NCBI RefSeq assembly: GCF_018350175.1
Contig: NC_058368.1
Location: 81,470,001-81,534,000, forward strand
DNA: 64,000 bases
Origin: Felis catus
Taxonomy: Eukaryota
Direction: 5' to 3'
Shown: positions 1 to 13,480 of the stretch, piece after piece
How the letters are laid out: every line of letters starts with the position of its first letter
How positions within the stretch are numbered: position 1 is the first letter of the stretch
Made by a program: the position numbers and the translations under genes
Notes under the pieces: model-generated
The model's input: the letters and a program-made list of their open reading frames with translations, nothing else
What the model was told of the DNA's origin: nothing
Databases searched by the model: none

Positions 1-99
1 TCCTGAATGTTTGTGCATTCCATGTTTGGATAAATGTGGCAGAGGAATGACCACACTCTTTGAAACTGGACCCTGATGTGCATGTGTGTGACACGGGCG

Positions 100-245
100 T
101 GCGACTCGAGTTCCTGACTCTTCCTTTGTAAAGCGAGGCTAAAAATGGCATCAACCCTGCCAGTTGTTTGAGGACCTAATAGATATTATGTACAAGGTGC
201 TTCGCACATGCCTGATATGTGGCAATCACTCAAAAGTACTAGCTT
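100..245 (+). mobile_element. MIR (ancient mammalian SINE) fragment
   Basis: ttcctttgtaaagcgagg...gttgtttgaggacctaatagat...gtgcttcgcacatgcctg...actcaaaagtactagct resembles the MIR core and 3' end. Confidence 0.65.
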
Positions 246-344
246 ACGTCCCTCTCTTTACAGACCACCTGAGCATCTGGAAAAGTACTCCACCAACTGA
301 CCTCTCACGTTGGAAAACATTTTCAACATTAAAAAGTCAATCAA

Positions 345-560
345 GGGGCACCTGGGTGGCTCAGTCGGTTGGGTGTCCAACTTAGGCTCAGGTTGTGGTC
401 TCACCGTCCGTAAGTTCAAGCCCCGCATCAGGCTCTGTGCTGACGGCTCGGAGCCTGGAACCTACTTCAGATTCTGTGTCTCCCTCTCTCTCTGCTCTTC
501 CCCCACTTGCACTCTGTCTCTCTCTCTCTCTCAAAAATACAATAAAAACATTAAAAAAAA
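345..560 (+). mobile_element. CAN-SINE, feliform SINEC_Fc type
   Basis: ggggcacctgggtggctcagtcggtt tRNA-derived head, (CT)n segment and A-rich tail; aaaaagtcaa on both flanks. Confidence 0.95.
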
Positions 561-2289
561 GTCAACGCATGTCTGCGGAGAAGAAGCAGTCCCGGGAAAC
601 AGCTCCCCCTACACAGCACCTAGGTGCTAATGAGATCAGACCCCAAGTGGGAGGGCATTTACACCCCTGAGATAATTCCCTGAAATAGAGCTCTGTCAGC
701 AGCTTTGGCGGATTCACCCTTGTAGCTCGGCCCTGCTCCTTGTCGGCTCAGTGTGCAAGACCTTCCTTGCCCTCGTCTCCTTCTGTCCTTGTTGGATGCG
801 CAGGAAGCCCCTACAAGCACCATTTTGCAGCCAAGCCCACGGAGGCATTCCTAGACTCTGTGTCATGACAGCACATCAAGAGAGCTTGGGGGGAGGGTCC
901 CCGTGAAGCAAAGTCATTTTGTGCTACCACAGCGAGGAGGCGTCCCTGTCAGCATGGGCATGCAACACCAGGAATGGTCACGGTGACGCGTTTCTGCTGA
1001 TTATGCAGACACCTCCCCCACAGACTCGGGGCCTGAACACACCCCTCCCCCAATATCAGCCAAATCCTCTCTGCCAGTCTGGCACTTGGACCACTTGGAC
1101 CACTTCAACAGTTTTCTAGATGTGTTCCCCTCAAATAGGTGTTGTGGCCACAGGGAACAATCAGGATGGGCTCCAGATCAGTGGGAGAGTGTAGGCTATC
1201 TTAGCAAAACCCGCCTCAATGGGGCCTGTCGCCTACACCCATAGGTCATATGTCAGCACTGTGTCAGCTGGACACAGCCCGGGCACGGTCCTCACCGGGA
1301 CACTCTTACACGCGTGGGGTTGCACACCCTTTCCGCACCAGAATCTGAGTCCTCTGTTGAAGCAAAAAATGTATGAAACCGGAAGCAAGACAAATAGGAA
1401 GTAGGATTTGGAAGGTGCCCAGCTTGGCCCTTACTGGGCAGGAAGACACTAAGTCAGAAGCTTTGCACTTTGTTAGAGGGATGGCAGGGAATAGCATTGT
1501 TCAGTGTGGGAGATGCTTGTGTCAACACAACTGTCATGTGCGCTCAGGCCATTAGTAATTATTGGTGGGTGTGATGACATTTACTTCCCCACACGGCCTG
1601 TTCATCAGGACGATGATAATTGGCTCCCATACAATAAGGGAACATTATAGCCTGGATGGGGAGGACATACGCATTCAGAATCTGGACTTGGTTGTCTAAG
1701 AGAGGGAAAAGCCAGGAGGAGACACTCCTCGTAGAATTACAGGGCACGAGAGACAGGCATGTCTGCGGAAGGACACGTCTCAGAGGAGGGAGAATCCTCC
1801 TGTGTCCGCAGGGAATCAGCTAAGATGGGGCGAATGGGGTCCCCAGATGGGAGGGGCTCACCTTCCTTGTCTGTGTGAAGCTTCTCAGAGGCCTCGCACG
1901 TGTTAACACACAGCGTGTTCAAGAGAAGAAAATAGAAATAGAATGAGTGCTCCCCAATAATTTGACCTCACAACCTTGCATTGATGAGGACGTCCTGGTG
2001 CTCGCGTGTTCAGAAACGCAGACACAGCACAAACCGCATCACACACAGATCGGCGTTGAGGGGAGTGGATGAGGCTGAGAGACGGTGTCTTCATCTTAAT
2101 TTTAGAGGGACAGAGAGCGGACTAAAGAGCCAACAGTACAAAGTGCAATGTGGTTGTACCGATTCACACCCTGGCCACGGTGTGTAAGGAACCACACGGC
2201 GCCCCCATCCTCACGGACACCGGGCTTCCTCAGATGCCCTGAGCTTCGAGGAAATGGTGACACTCACTGATGCCTTAACTCACTTCTCA

Positions 2290-2610
2290 TGGATCTCAGC
2301 AAAGCGTTGCTGGATATCCTCACGCCATTCACATTTGCTTATGAAATGACCGTCTCTATTTTTGCTCATTTTATTGCCTTTTGAAATCTTTCGTACTGAT
2401 TTGTGAGGCTTCTTTGTAACGAATCTGTTGTTGTTTGTGTTGTGAAGAATTCTCCCAACTTCTAGCTTGTCCATTGGTCCTCCTTCGGTAACTTTTGGCC
2501 AAAAAGAACTTCCTAGATTAAATGGAGTTGACTTTATTAACCTGTTCTTTTACAGCTGGTACTTCCTGTGTTTGGCCTAAGAAACGTTTTCTACCCCAAA
2601 GACATAAAAA
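2290..2610 (-). mobile_element. Old L1 (L1M-type) ORF2 3' fragment
   Basis: T-rich sequence such as tgtgtttggcctaagaaacgttttctaccccaaagacataaa resembles antisense L1 ORF2. Confidence 0.6.
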
Positions 2611-2614
2611 CATA

Positions 2615-3960
2615 CAACATAACAAACATGCCCAAGATCTCAGTGACTTGAAGCAATAAAACTTATTTCTTACTTTTGCTACATGCCCACTGTGTAGAAC
2701 TTCGGGTTCTGTTCCCCAGTCTGAGACCCAGAATGGCAGAAAAGACCCACTTTGTGTGGTGACTCTCTCGCTGGCTCCTGCCCCTTCCCTCTGGAGAAGA
2801 GAGATGTCATTTCCATTCGTACCTCCCGGCCAGTCGTATGGCTGAGCCTACTTCTGTTGACTTGGGCAGAGATGGCAAATATTTGGGGGACAGCACTAAT
2901 TACTCCCGAGAGTCACATTTCTGGCCATCAAACAGTTCTTCTCTCCACATGCAGAACACAGCCTCCTCCGCCGTGGCTTTCTGCCTCTGTATCGAGCTCA
3001 AATCTGGATCATCGAGTGAGGCCCTGGTTCTTCATCTGACCCATATCGGCTCTCTTGGACCAGAGACCTGTGATCTGAAAAAAACAGTTATCTGCTTCTC
3101 ACACACCCAGTCCACACTGGAAGAGCAGGGATGAGGTAACCACAGTCTGCCATCCCCTTCAGAACAAGCAAGCCACGGGTCTGTAACGTGGCCATAATTC
3201 TCTGCTCTGAGTGGAGGATAATGTCTCTTGATTAGGTCATGATTCTGCTCCTGGGTGTGGCTTCTGGTTCACTGATTTCTGTGACACTTGACCCTTCCTT
3301 CTAGAAGGTTCTTCCTTTTCTGTCATCCTCCTTGGCCATATTTGATATGGACATCAGAGGTATATACTCCAAGTGTCCTTATTTGTAGGTGATGGGACGT
3401 GAAGGCGATCTTAAGTCCCTAAAATCACATCCTCTTTTAACCCAGGCTGGTGGCTCTTTGGCACTAAAATGTCCAGAAGCTCAGTTAGCTTTTTATCTAC
3501 TTGATTTCACTAGGCTGCGTGTGCCAAGAGCTGCACCTCCATTCTTACTGAGACCTACCTTTCAGAGTTGCTCTACCTCTCTGCTTTCTTGCCCCCACGT
3601 CTTCTCTGTCAACCTACCTGTTGGTGTGTCGGGCTCTGCTGGTCTCACCCATGAGCCATTTCGTCCACTCTAAAGATGGTACCGACCAAGGAACCCCTGT
3701 CATTCCCTTACAGCTTAATCTATTAAGAAGCTTTAACAATGGGTACGATGGCCATACTTTTGGTGCGATCTTGGCTGAAGGACTGAAATCCAAACAATAT
3801 GAGTGGTTCAGAACTTCCCAAGTTAATTTTTTACTGTGTGGGATGAGACGCTATTGTCTTCTCTCAGCCTACAAGTTAATGAATTTGTAGATTTTCCATC
3901 CCCTCCTTGATTCCTGCTCACAGAGGAATCTCCAAGCTCATCTCTCTTGTAGTATGTTGC
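2615..3960 (-). mobile_element. ERVL-MaLR (MLT1-type) LTR plus internal-like sequence
   Basis: ctcagtgacttgaagcaataaaacttatttctt is the typical antisense MLT1 LTR motif; downstream sequence resembles MaLR internal region; boundaries approximate. Confidence 0.5.
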
Positions 3961-3979
3961 CAAATGCAGACAATACCAC

Positions 3980-4090
3980 TGTCGTGGGGTGAATGGTATC
4001 CCTAAAAATGATATGTTGAAGTTCTTATCCTCAGAACTTATGAATGTGACCTTATTTGGAAACAAGGTCTTTGCAAATGCGATCAGGTAA
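3980..4090 (+). mobile_element. MLT1 LTR 5' fragment
   Basis: tgtcgtggggtgaatggtatccctaaaaatgatatg...gaatgtgaccttatttggaaacaaggtctttgcaaatg matches the MLT1 LTR start. Confidence 0.8.
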
Positions 4091-4339
4091 GCTGTCTATT
4101 TCTCATTCTTGTTACTTGGCTACAGAGGCTGGCTGGTGACTCTGATCCTGCTGGACCCAGGCGGATGGGGCAACAGCTATACTGACCATTGGCAACACCG
4201 TAGCAGATGGTTGAGAATTGTACCCTGGGTCCTAAGACATGTCCCTTCTGCTCGTGTGACCACACCTAAATTCTGTGGGAACTTAGGGACAACCTTATGT
4301 ACCTGGGAGAAGAATTAGAAATATATGGTGAATATTACC

Positions 4340-5140
4340 AATGGCTACGACAAGTGCATTATTTTATTGTTATAGTTGCTAATTTAATCAGTCTGTTTTT
4401 GACAACTATATTTTCTACCTATAGTTTGCTGGTGAATAAAAATGTCATTGTCTTTTGTATTGTGATCTTGATTTTGATTATTCAAACTTGCTTTAGCTCT
4501 CTTGTGAAATATAAATATTTCTGCATTCTGTTAGAGTTTTTTTTTTATGTGGATATTGTCTGCGAATTCTGACAGTGGTCTTTTAATATAATTTTCTTTA
4601 TCAATCCCTAAATCTTTTATTTCTTTTCTTGACCTACTGTAGTGGGTAGGACTTTAGGTACAGCACTGCATAGAATTGTTGATAGCTGGCATCCTCATTT
4701 ATAAATGATTTTAAAGATAACGCTTTCACATTTTTTACTGTTAAGAATGATAGTTACTGAGGCTTTTGGTACAGACCCTGAGTTGGGGTGAGGAAGATAC
4801 TTTCTCTTCCTGGTTTTGTGAAAGGTTTAGTGTTACTGAGATGATGGTTATCACATACGTTTCCTGCTCTCTTGTGATAATTGTGTGCTCATTCTCTTTT
4901 AGTCTGTAAATAGGATGAATTATATCCATATCTTTTCCTAGGGTGATAGAACACTGGGATTCCTGAGTTAACCCCAACTTGGCCAAGCCGGTTATCATTT
5001 TAACACGTGCAGCTGGATTAGACTTGCGAATATTCTGTACCCAATGTTTGTATGCTTTTTCATGAGTTGATTGGCTAGAGACTGGAAACACTTTGGTGAA
5101 TAAAACAGAAGGGCACCTCATACTTGCAGTCATAGTATCT
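4340..5140 (-). mobile_element. Old L1 ORF2 (reverse-transcriptase region) fragment
   Basis: ORF 4741..5172(-) contains DIIHPIYRLKENEHTIIT, resembling L1 ORF2 NVIHHINRLKDKNHMIIS. Confidence 0.8.
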
Positions 5141-7140
5141 AAGACATCATTAATTACAAGATTCTGCACCAATTTAGTGACAAATTTTCTGTGGGAAACC
5201 CTGTGACATCACATAATCATGACGATCAGTAAGATATACTCTACGTATAACTGTTCTAACCACTGAGCCAGAACACACACCATATTGCATGGTGCAGTGT
5301 GGCTTGGAGGCGGGGGTCACCTTTTGGTCTACTGAGTCCCAGTTTCTTCCTTTGCAAAGTGAGGGGTAGAGAATCTCCAAGGTGCCCCTTGGACTACAAG
5401 TCCTCCGATTATACCCCCTCCCCAAAGATCTTCCCACTCCTGGAAGAGCTACCCCACACCCTTCCTGGAGCCCAACCCTGAACGGTCCAACTTCATACAA
5501 CAGCGGAATGAATCCCTTGGGCAAGAGAACTCACAAAAGTGAACAGATACACTGCTCAGGGACCCCCCAGGACCGATTCCCAGGTCTGCATGCAAACAGC
5601 CCCCCACCGAGTGGCCTTTGGTGCCTCAACACTGCGCCCGATGCACCATTAGGCGTTGGAGACTGCCGAGAGTTGGCACGTGATGGGTGCGTCCGAAGAG
5701 TTCTCTGCACAAAGTGCCCACCCAGACCTCCTGCCGTGAGAAAGCCAGAGGCCCTGGAACCCCCTACTTTCTGATTACAAGATACCTTCCTGTTTTAAAT
5801 GTTCAAGCTCTTTCTGGGTGTGTAAATAAGTGATAACTTACTGGACTTCACTGATAATAATTCCATTTCGGACCAGAGAACTAAACATTAACTGCTACTT
5901 AACATATGAAACATTATATATGATGGCCTTTTTAATCACCTCTGACTTAAAAAATATATTCACTTTAGGTCTGAAATGTGGATGCTGTGACACTGAATCC
6001 TCTCTGTAAATAATTCTAAAAATGAACAGTTCTAGTGAAAACCTTTTATTTTCATTTTAAAGACACACTCGAACAGGATCTCAAATCTAAAAAAAAGAAG
6101 AAGAAACAGTTCACTTGCTCTAGCGTGCAACAAATTCATTGTGCCAACTTCAGAATCTGTTTCAATCTGTTCTGAAATGAACTTGATCTTCCACACTTAA
6201 TTCCTCCTACTGACAGCAAGATTCAGTGCCCTGATCTTCAGAGGTTTATAAAACAGGGATGGAAAGCTTTCTAAATCTCAAACAGCATACAAAATCAGAA
6301 TTTAAATGAAGTCAGTGTACTGTAGCACTGGATTTAATTTTATTTGACATATACTTGGAATCTGGTTTTTAATGGAACAACTATCTGGGACGTGGCTGGA
6401 ACCAGAAGGTTCAGAAGCGGCCAGACTGCATCGAGTCCTACAAGCTGCATGGACAGCCGGCTCGGGTGGCAGTTCTGTTCGCTCTCCCGCGTCTCAGAAA
6501 GCTTTTCCGAACCAAAGGACTTAAAATGCAAAAGTAGAAACTCTGTAGAGAGAAGACAGGGGCTGCTCTTAGGCATTACAAATATTATCCATCTATTTTT
6601 AACATGAAAAGCACAAACTAACAAAAAGACAGAATAGTCAAGGGAGAAAAGAGCACGCAAGAGAATACACTTTTTCCCCTTAAAATGTCGGCTTCTCTAC
6701 AGACCCGCCAGCAGGAGCCGTGGGGTAATAGCACCCCCTTCTGAGAGTGAGACACCCCCCCCCGCCATCCCCCCCACCCCCAGCCTCCGGCTCCCACTCT
6801 CCTGGTTGCCCTCCCCCCACCCCCTGCTCGGAACACACTTAACTTCCAGAAAACAGCTCTGGGAACAATCCTGGCACATTCACCTTTGGAAGAACCGCTC
6901 GACAGCCCGACGCTGCCTTGCCACACACTGCCGATCAACGCGGGACAAGATTCGCAGTGAGGCCCAGGAACCCGGGAGAGAAATTAATTGCACTTCTGTG
7001 TAATTCCTTTTGGCTGTAAATTCTGTAAATGTTTCTCGCTTATAACAGTTTCTACAGCTATAATGTTCCAATTAGCAAATGTAGGAAGAAATGATTGTAC
7101 TACCACACCTTGGATGGTGTTGTTTTCCTTTTCTCTTTTC

Positions 7141-7351
7141 TGAAATATTTTCTGATGTTTATTTATTTTTGAGAGAGAGACAGAGCCTGAGTGGAGGAGG
7201 GGCAGAGAGAGAGGGAGACAGAATCCGATGCAGGATCCAGGCTCCGAGCTGTCAGCACAGAACCCGATGCGGGGGCTCGAACTCACAGACCGCGAGATCA
7301 TGACCTGAGCCAAAGTCTGACGCTTAACCAAATGAGCCACCCAGGTGCCCC
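7141..7351 (-). mobile_element. CAN-SINE (SINEC_Fc)
   Basis: tttatttatttttgagagagagacagag...tgagccacccaggtgcccc. Confidence 0.95.
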
Positions 7352-10300
7352 CTTCCTTTTTCTTTTCTTTTCTTTTTTGTGATGCTCTTTGAAGTTCATT
7401 CCCGTGTTCCAAACAAAAAAGGCTTATTACATAATTAGCATAGTGATGTTAAGGACAGGGTGACCAAGAGGCAAACCTTTAGCACTAAGACGTGGTCACA
7501 GGGTCCCAGTGCGCAAGGACAAGAGAGCACTTCGGCCGGATGCGTTGATGAGGAAGGGAGAAGGAGGAAACTCCAGATCAGACACCGGACATCACACCAG
7601 CACCACCTGAAAGTGTTTTGTGCAGTAAAATGGAAGCTTCACCTTTTGGCACAAAATCTATGAACAAACTCGCAAAGGTATATTGTGGTTCGATAAATAT
7701 CCCAGGACCCTGGAAAAACCAGCTAGCAGTTTCTCATTCACAGAACTCTCAAGGATCTACCATCGCCTCCTCTAGCTGTGATTTAACAGCCGTGCGATGT
7801 AGTCTTTCATGTCAAATTCTGGAAAGCATCTGTTTTTGTGCACGGCTTTGCTATTAGCCTGATGCCCCAGGACGGCGCCTCTCACGCTGTCTGTGGGAAA
7901 GTCCCAGTTTTCTCTTTAGCTGTAACCCATTGAAGACCTTACTTTATAAAATTAAATAAAAATAAATTGCTAGAAAATAAAAAGCAAACAAACACACAAT
8001 GTGAGCCCTAAACAGGAGCCGTCATGTTCTAAGCCTTCCCTCAATTTCTGCACTTACAATGGATTCACAAACAATCTGGGAAATCAGACCATCTGAAAAC
8101 CACACGGCGTGCATAGCTTTGCCTAGGGTGGTGGTTCCCAAAGTGCGTGCCAGGGCACCCAGGGCGCCACAGTGACCCCACAGGACACTCTGGGACAGTT
8201 CACATTTTCAACAGGAACACAGCAACGTGTCCTAAACACAGGATGTATACTGTGTGCGTTTCTAAGTGGAGAATTAAAACAGAAATATTTAAATCTCTTT
8301 GGATTTCTTCCCATTCTAAATCGTTCATTACTCCCGGACGTTTTAACTAATATTTTCCCCCTTTTGACATTTGGACCCACTCGACTTTTAAAAAGTCACA
8401 AATTGTCCCTAATAAGCACGCAAATTATGTAGGCTGTTGACTATAACAGCCTTTGGGGCACCTCACTTCTCCACCTCCATCAAGTCCCACATCCAAACAA
8501 CGTGCCAGTTTAGCATAATAATGAGGCAATTTCCTGCCTGTGATGATGTTGACAGGGAAGCCCAAGGAAGTGACACTTCGCGGCTAAAGTCACAGAGAAC
8601 AGAAGTGCCAAGGTCAGGTGAACAGCCAACCCCGGGACCACACCCTGCCGCGTGCTCTCCGGCCACCAGGACGCGCACCCCCCCTTCTCTGCTCAGGAAA
8701 CACACCCAGAGGGGGCCAAACGCTAATTTGTCTCCTGGCTCCCAAAGGCATCCCCGCCCGCCTCCTCCTTAAAGACTGTTATTAACTGCTTCCCTGGAAA
8801 TTGGCCTGAGACCACTCCAGAGCAAAATTAAGACAAGTTTGTTTCTCATTTAAAACAACAAAAAAAGAACCAGTGGAACATGGTGGTGATTCGAGGGAGG
8901 AAGGAACCTGCTCAGAACCTGTCATTACAGCAGTGTCCGCTGCCTGCTTCCTTGCAGTCAGTGCACGGTGCCTGGCCCGACCCTCCCTCCGGCCCAGGAC
9001 AGCACCCCTGCCATGACCAGCCTCCTAGCACAGCCACCTCTTTGGGCAGGCTGCTGGCCGCGGCAGACATCCCTCACCTCCAATGCACCTGCCACCTGAC
9101 TGCCTCCCACCTGATGGGCCAGCTCGGTCAGGGTGACCCCCAGCTCCAGAAATCATGGCTGGCCTGCTGCAGCTGGTCCTGCTCCCACAGGGACAACAGA
9201 CTTGTGGGGCAGATACAAACACGGCCAGTGCTGAGCACGCACTGGGACCCGAAGCTGGCAGGGCTGGAAACTGGTGACACTCCACCCAAATCCCGTGACC
9301 CTGCTCACTCTCCACGCCCCCACCAAGAGACTTTCCACTGAATTCCTTCCCAGAACATCGGGGTGGATTCCGTCTCCTGCCGGGGCCCTGGCTGGTCTGG
9401 TGGAGGCGTCACTTACCAGCAGCCACCATAGCCAAGGGTGGAGAACCTTGGTCGTGGGCCGTGTGGAGGCATGGAGTGCAGGGCACCCTCAGGATCAGGG
9501 CACAGCCACCAAGCGGTCTACCCGCCCAGCAGGGACCCTGCGTTGGCTCCCCCGGAAGTGGGTCCCAGGGTCTCCACATGCTGGGGACCAGACGGGGCTG
9601 CTGGGACCTCTAGCTGGCGTCCACCCACGTGGGGCACGGTGTCATGCGGGCTTGTGCTTCCGGCTCTCTGAGGACCACGGCGCCTGCAAGCCTCGCACAG
9701 ACCCTGGGAGAGGGACACGAAGGCTAGTGCTTGTGCTGTGGGAAAGAGGGAGCGGCCCATCTTTACTTGTCCTCCTGTCTCTTTAATTCCAAGGAACGAG
9801 AACGTAGAAGAGGAAAGGCAGTGAGCGAAGCTCTCCAACCAAGTTTGCACCCTATTTGTACCAGATCCGCTAGAGAACCAGATGTGAGTAGCGCGTGCTG
9901 GTTCCACCTACACTCGTATTTTCTTTGTTTCCAATAACCAAGGTTATCAGTTAGCACTCCGGCTGTACTAGGCAGAGAAGAGTGGCCTGGGCAGGGGTGC
10001 GGAGGTGCGATAATCCGGTAATTCAGGCCGGCCCTGCGCAGGCCCCTGCTTTCCTGGGGCAGGCTGTTCGTTCCTGCTCCCCCCAGGTTCTGTTCTCCCG
10101 CCCGCCACACCTCCTCCGTGTATCCCACCTGTCACACGCTCACCTCTGCTCAGACTTTGCCCACCTGCAGTGCCCAGCGTCCCCGTTAACCACGGCCACC
10201 CCATCCGCCAATGTGCAGCCCAGAGCCCATCGCCACCTGACAACCTCTTCCAACCCAACGGGCACCAGACATGCTCAGACTTGAGCTTCGTGCTCCTTGG

Positions 10301-13284
10301 TGTGAAAAGTTACTCCCCGTTTGGACTTACATTCACGTAGAATGAGGGTCATTACTCATATGTCTCCTGTATCGCCGTGGGGCCATCAGGGCTGGTCTGT
10401 GGTTGGTCAAACTGAAAGCCAGTGTCCAGAATGCTTCTGACATTCAGCCACGAAACTGGGATTTTCCAAGTCTGTGGAGATCCCCACGGGGCGGGACCGG
10501 GGGCAGAGGGAGCCGGCAGGGCTCGGGGTCCTCTGCACATTTTAAACACCCCAGAACCACCTCTGCAGGTGTTAGCGGACTTTCTTTTGCACTTCCTTTC
10601 CCTCCATATTGAGGAAATGAGGTCTTGACACCAGCCAAGCTCCGAGGCACCCAAGCCGGGGTTGGGGGCACAGGTGACCGTGGGGCTGGGTCCCATCAGT
10701 GAAGATGACAGGACAGTCACGGAGAGGAAGATGGTTTGGGCCTCCAGGGACAGCAGGCCACCCGCCGTCTCTGACCTGAGAGACGCACGCTCAGATGCCA
10801 GCTGGGGAGCCTGGGGTCTCCAGTGACCCGGGGTATGTACCCCTGTGTCTCTCTTTCTCCGTCTTATTCCCTGGCAAATCTTCCCAGTGGCCGGGCTTGC
10901 GCTCTGGCTGCTTAGGACCACCAGGAAGAGCCGGGCCCCCAGGCGCTGCACAGGCCTCAGGTTCAGGCCTCGGGGGGCCCCTTGGGTCACATGACAGAAG
11001 CCGGGCCAGTCAGAGTGGCCCAGAGGACAAAGGTCCATGGCCGTGTGCCTGTCCTACCTGTAGATGAGTCTGTCTCTTGAGAACTTCAACAACAGGGTGC
11101 AGGGAGGTGGCCCCAAGGACAGTCGGGACGGGAGCCTGGATGCCTGCAGACCAGGCAAGCTTGTCCCCCGCCAGCAGGCAGGTCAGCCGCACAGGGGCCC
11201 CTGGAGGAACCTGTGCTGGGTGAGCAGGAGTTTTCTCTCCCCTCCTCCTTGGCAGGTTGGATGCTCTAGGTTCTTTAATTGCTTGGCTACAAAGCTGCCC
11301 TCCAGAGAGAAAGGCCAGGATGGGCACCCGGGCTCGGCTGCAGCCGCAAACTGACTTCTCAGAAGCCCCTTTTGAGTGCGATGGAAAGAAAAAGCCAGGA
11401 GCCAGCGGGCCCTCCCAGCCAGGTGAGCATTGGTCTGCGGGAGGGCTGTCTGTGCTCCACCCCACCCCCTGCACCATGCAGAATGTTCCGGCGTGCCTCC
11501 GTCAGGGTTCTGTCTCTTTACCACGCTGAGGTTGCCAATCTGCTGGAGGAGGAGGAGCAGGAGGCTGGTTTTCTTTTCTTTCTTCCTGTTCTTTTTTTTT
11601 TTTTTTTTTAGAAATGGAATTTTAAAACAGCCAGCAACTAAGGCAAACTCCCAGGATAACAGTCTTAACAATTTACATAATGCAAGGTTGGAGAGGACGT
11701 GAGGCGGTCCTTTTAAATCGTGTGACACGGTTTAAAATAGGGAACCTTGGCTGGCATTAAACCACAGTCCTCTGAAACACAATTATAAAGCATTTAGGAT
11801 GGCTCGGCCAATCCCATCCCTTGATTGGCTGCCCGTCCCTCACCCTGTAATCTTTCCTCCAGCCCGCGCACGGCGGCTGGCAGGGGCAGCCGGGTGCGTT
11901 TTAAGAAAGACTACTTTTTGCTGCTTTGGTCCTTGCCCCAGAATCTCAGTCCTCGGAAACGGGGCCCTTTGTCCCTGCCCGAGGACGCTGATTACGTTCG
12001 CTGCTGGCTAGGAGGGGTGTCGGCGGGACCAGCGGCCTCTCTGCCAGCCCCACGCTTCGGCCCGCCAGACCCGTGACAGTCAGGGGACATCTCTGCGAGC
12101 CTCTGCGCATCACCACACCTTTGCCCTGTTGGCTTCTTTATCTGTAAAATGGGGCCACTGCCGGTGCACGGGACATGACAAATGGGGTCAGGGAACAATT
12201 AGCTACACGTGCAAACGTGTGAGCGATGAGGACATCAGCAGAACAGCCCTTGACCCCTCCCGCCCGCCGGCACCCACTGAGCACCTACTTGGTGCCAACT
12301 CTGGGTCAATGCCGGCTGCTGGGTCTGCGCTTGGTGACTCGGGGGCTCAGTGCCGCGTGTGGGAGATGCACACGTGCCCCACACGCGTGTAAGGTGTGAC
12401 GTCTGCAGCCTCAAGGCTTGTAGCCAAAGGGCCTGTGCCCTGTGCTCAGGAGACCTGCGGAAACCTGAGCAATGCCACACAGGAGGCTGAGGGCGGGGCC
12501 CGCAGGGATGCTGCAGCAGGAGCCCGGGAGTGGGCACGGAGCACAGCGCGCGATGCCCCCGTCCAGGTCACCGCGAGGGCAGAGACCAGGCCCCGAGCCC
12601 CTGAGGACGAGAGATGGGACACCACCAGCATCCCACCTGTGTGACCTGGGCACCTCCTCACCCGTCCGACAGCCCGCTTCCTCCCCCACGGGCCACCGCA
12701 GACTGCCCAGGGTGACAAGTGCACAGCACACGGGAAGGACTCCCGGCCCCTGTCACGTGTCTGACGAGACGGTGGCCACTGGCATCGCAGCCCCCCGTGT
12801 CAGGCAGGCCTGCCTTCCCCGGGCCCCGTCCCCACACGCGAGGCACGGGCACTCAGGTGGACGCGCTCTGCCGTCTGCTCCGGATGCTCTGCTGGGAAGG
12901 ACGGTGCTGCCCGGGCTCCAGCGCAAACGGGACCTGCCTCAGCGGCAGAGTGGCTCAGGGGCCAAGGGGGTGGTGCGGGTCAGCCAGCAGCCCGACCAGG
13001 TCCAGCTGACCCGCCTGAGCAGCACCAGGGAGACACGGGCCCGCCAGACATGCTGTCAGGACGCGGCCCGCCCCCTTTTCCCACCTCCGCTCCTGGGCCT
13101 GTCCAGCCAGAGACCAAGGCAGCCCCCTGAGGGGCCAGACCCACAGGCGGAGGGCAGAGGGGAGGGGAGAGGGGTGCTGCACGGACACAGCTCGCCTTCA
13201 TGTCATTCCCGGACACTCAGCCGGGGACTCTTAAATGATGTCCCTACAGTCACAGAATTGCCTAATGGCTCTGTGCACAGGTAC

Positions 13285-13480
13285 CTGCACATACACACGT
13301 GCACAGCTATGCGAGCCACACACACAGACACACACACACTATGTGATTTATACACACGTGCACACCACATACATCCATGCGCACAGACATGCACACACAG
13401 AGTACAGAAATGCACACATGTGTACACACATGCATCCACCATAAGCACACACCTGTACACACACGTGCATAGACACAGCC
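13285..13480. repeat. Degenerate (CA)n/(CACATG)n low-complexity tract
   Basis: Alternating purine-pyrimidine run seen directly. Confidence 0.85.

Noticed and set aside
345..430. tRNA-like A/B boxes here and in the other SINE heads
   Set aside because: These are CAN-SINE heads, not tRNA genes
1100..1720. Possible ERVL internal fragment
   Set aside because: Resemblance too weak to call without a Dfam search
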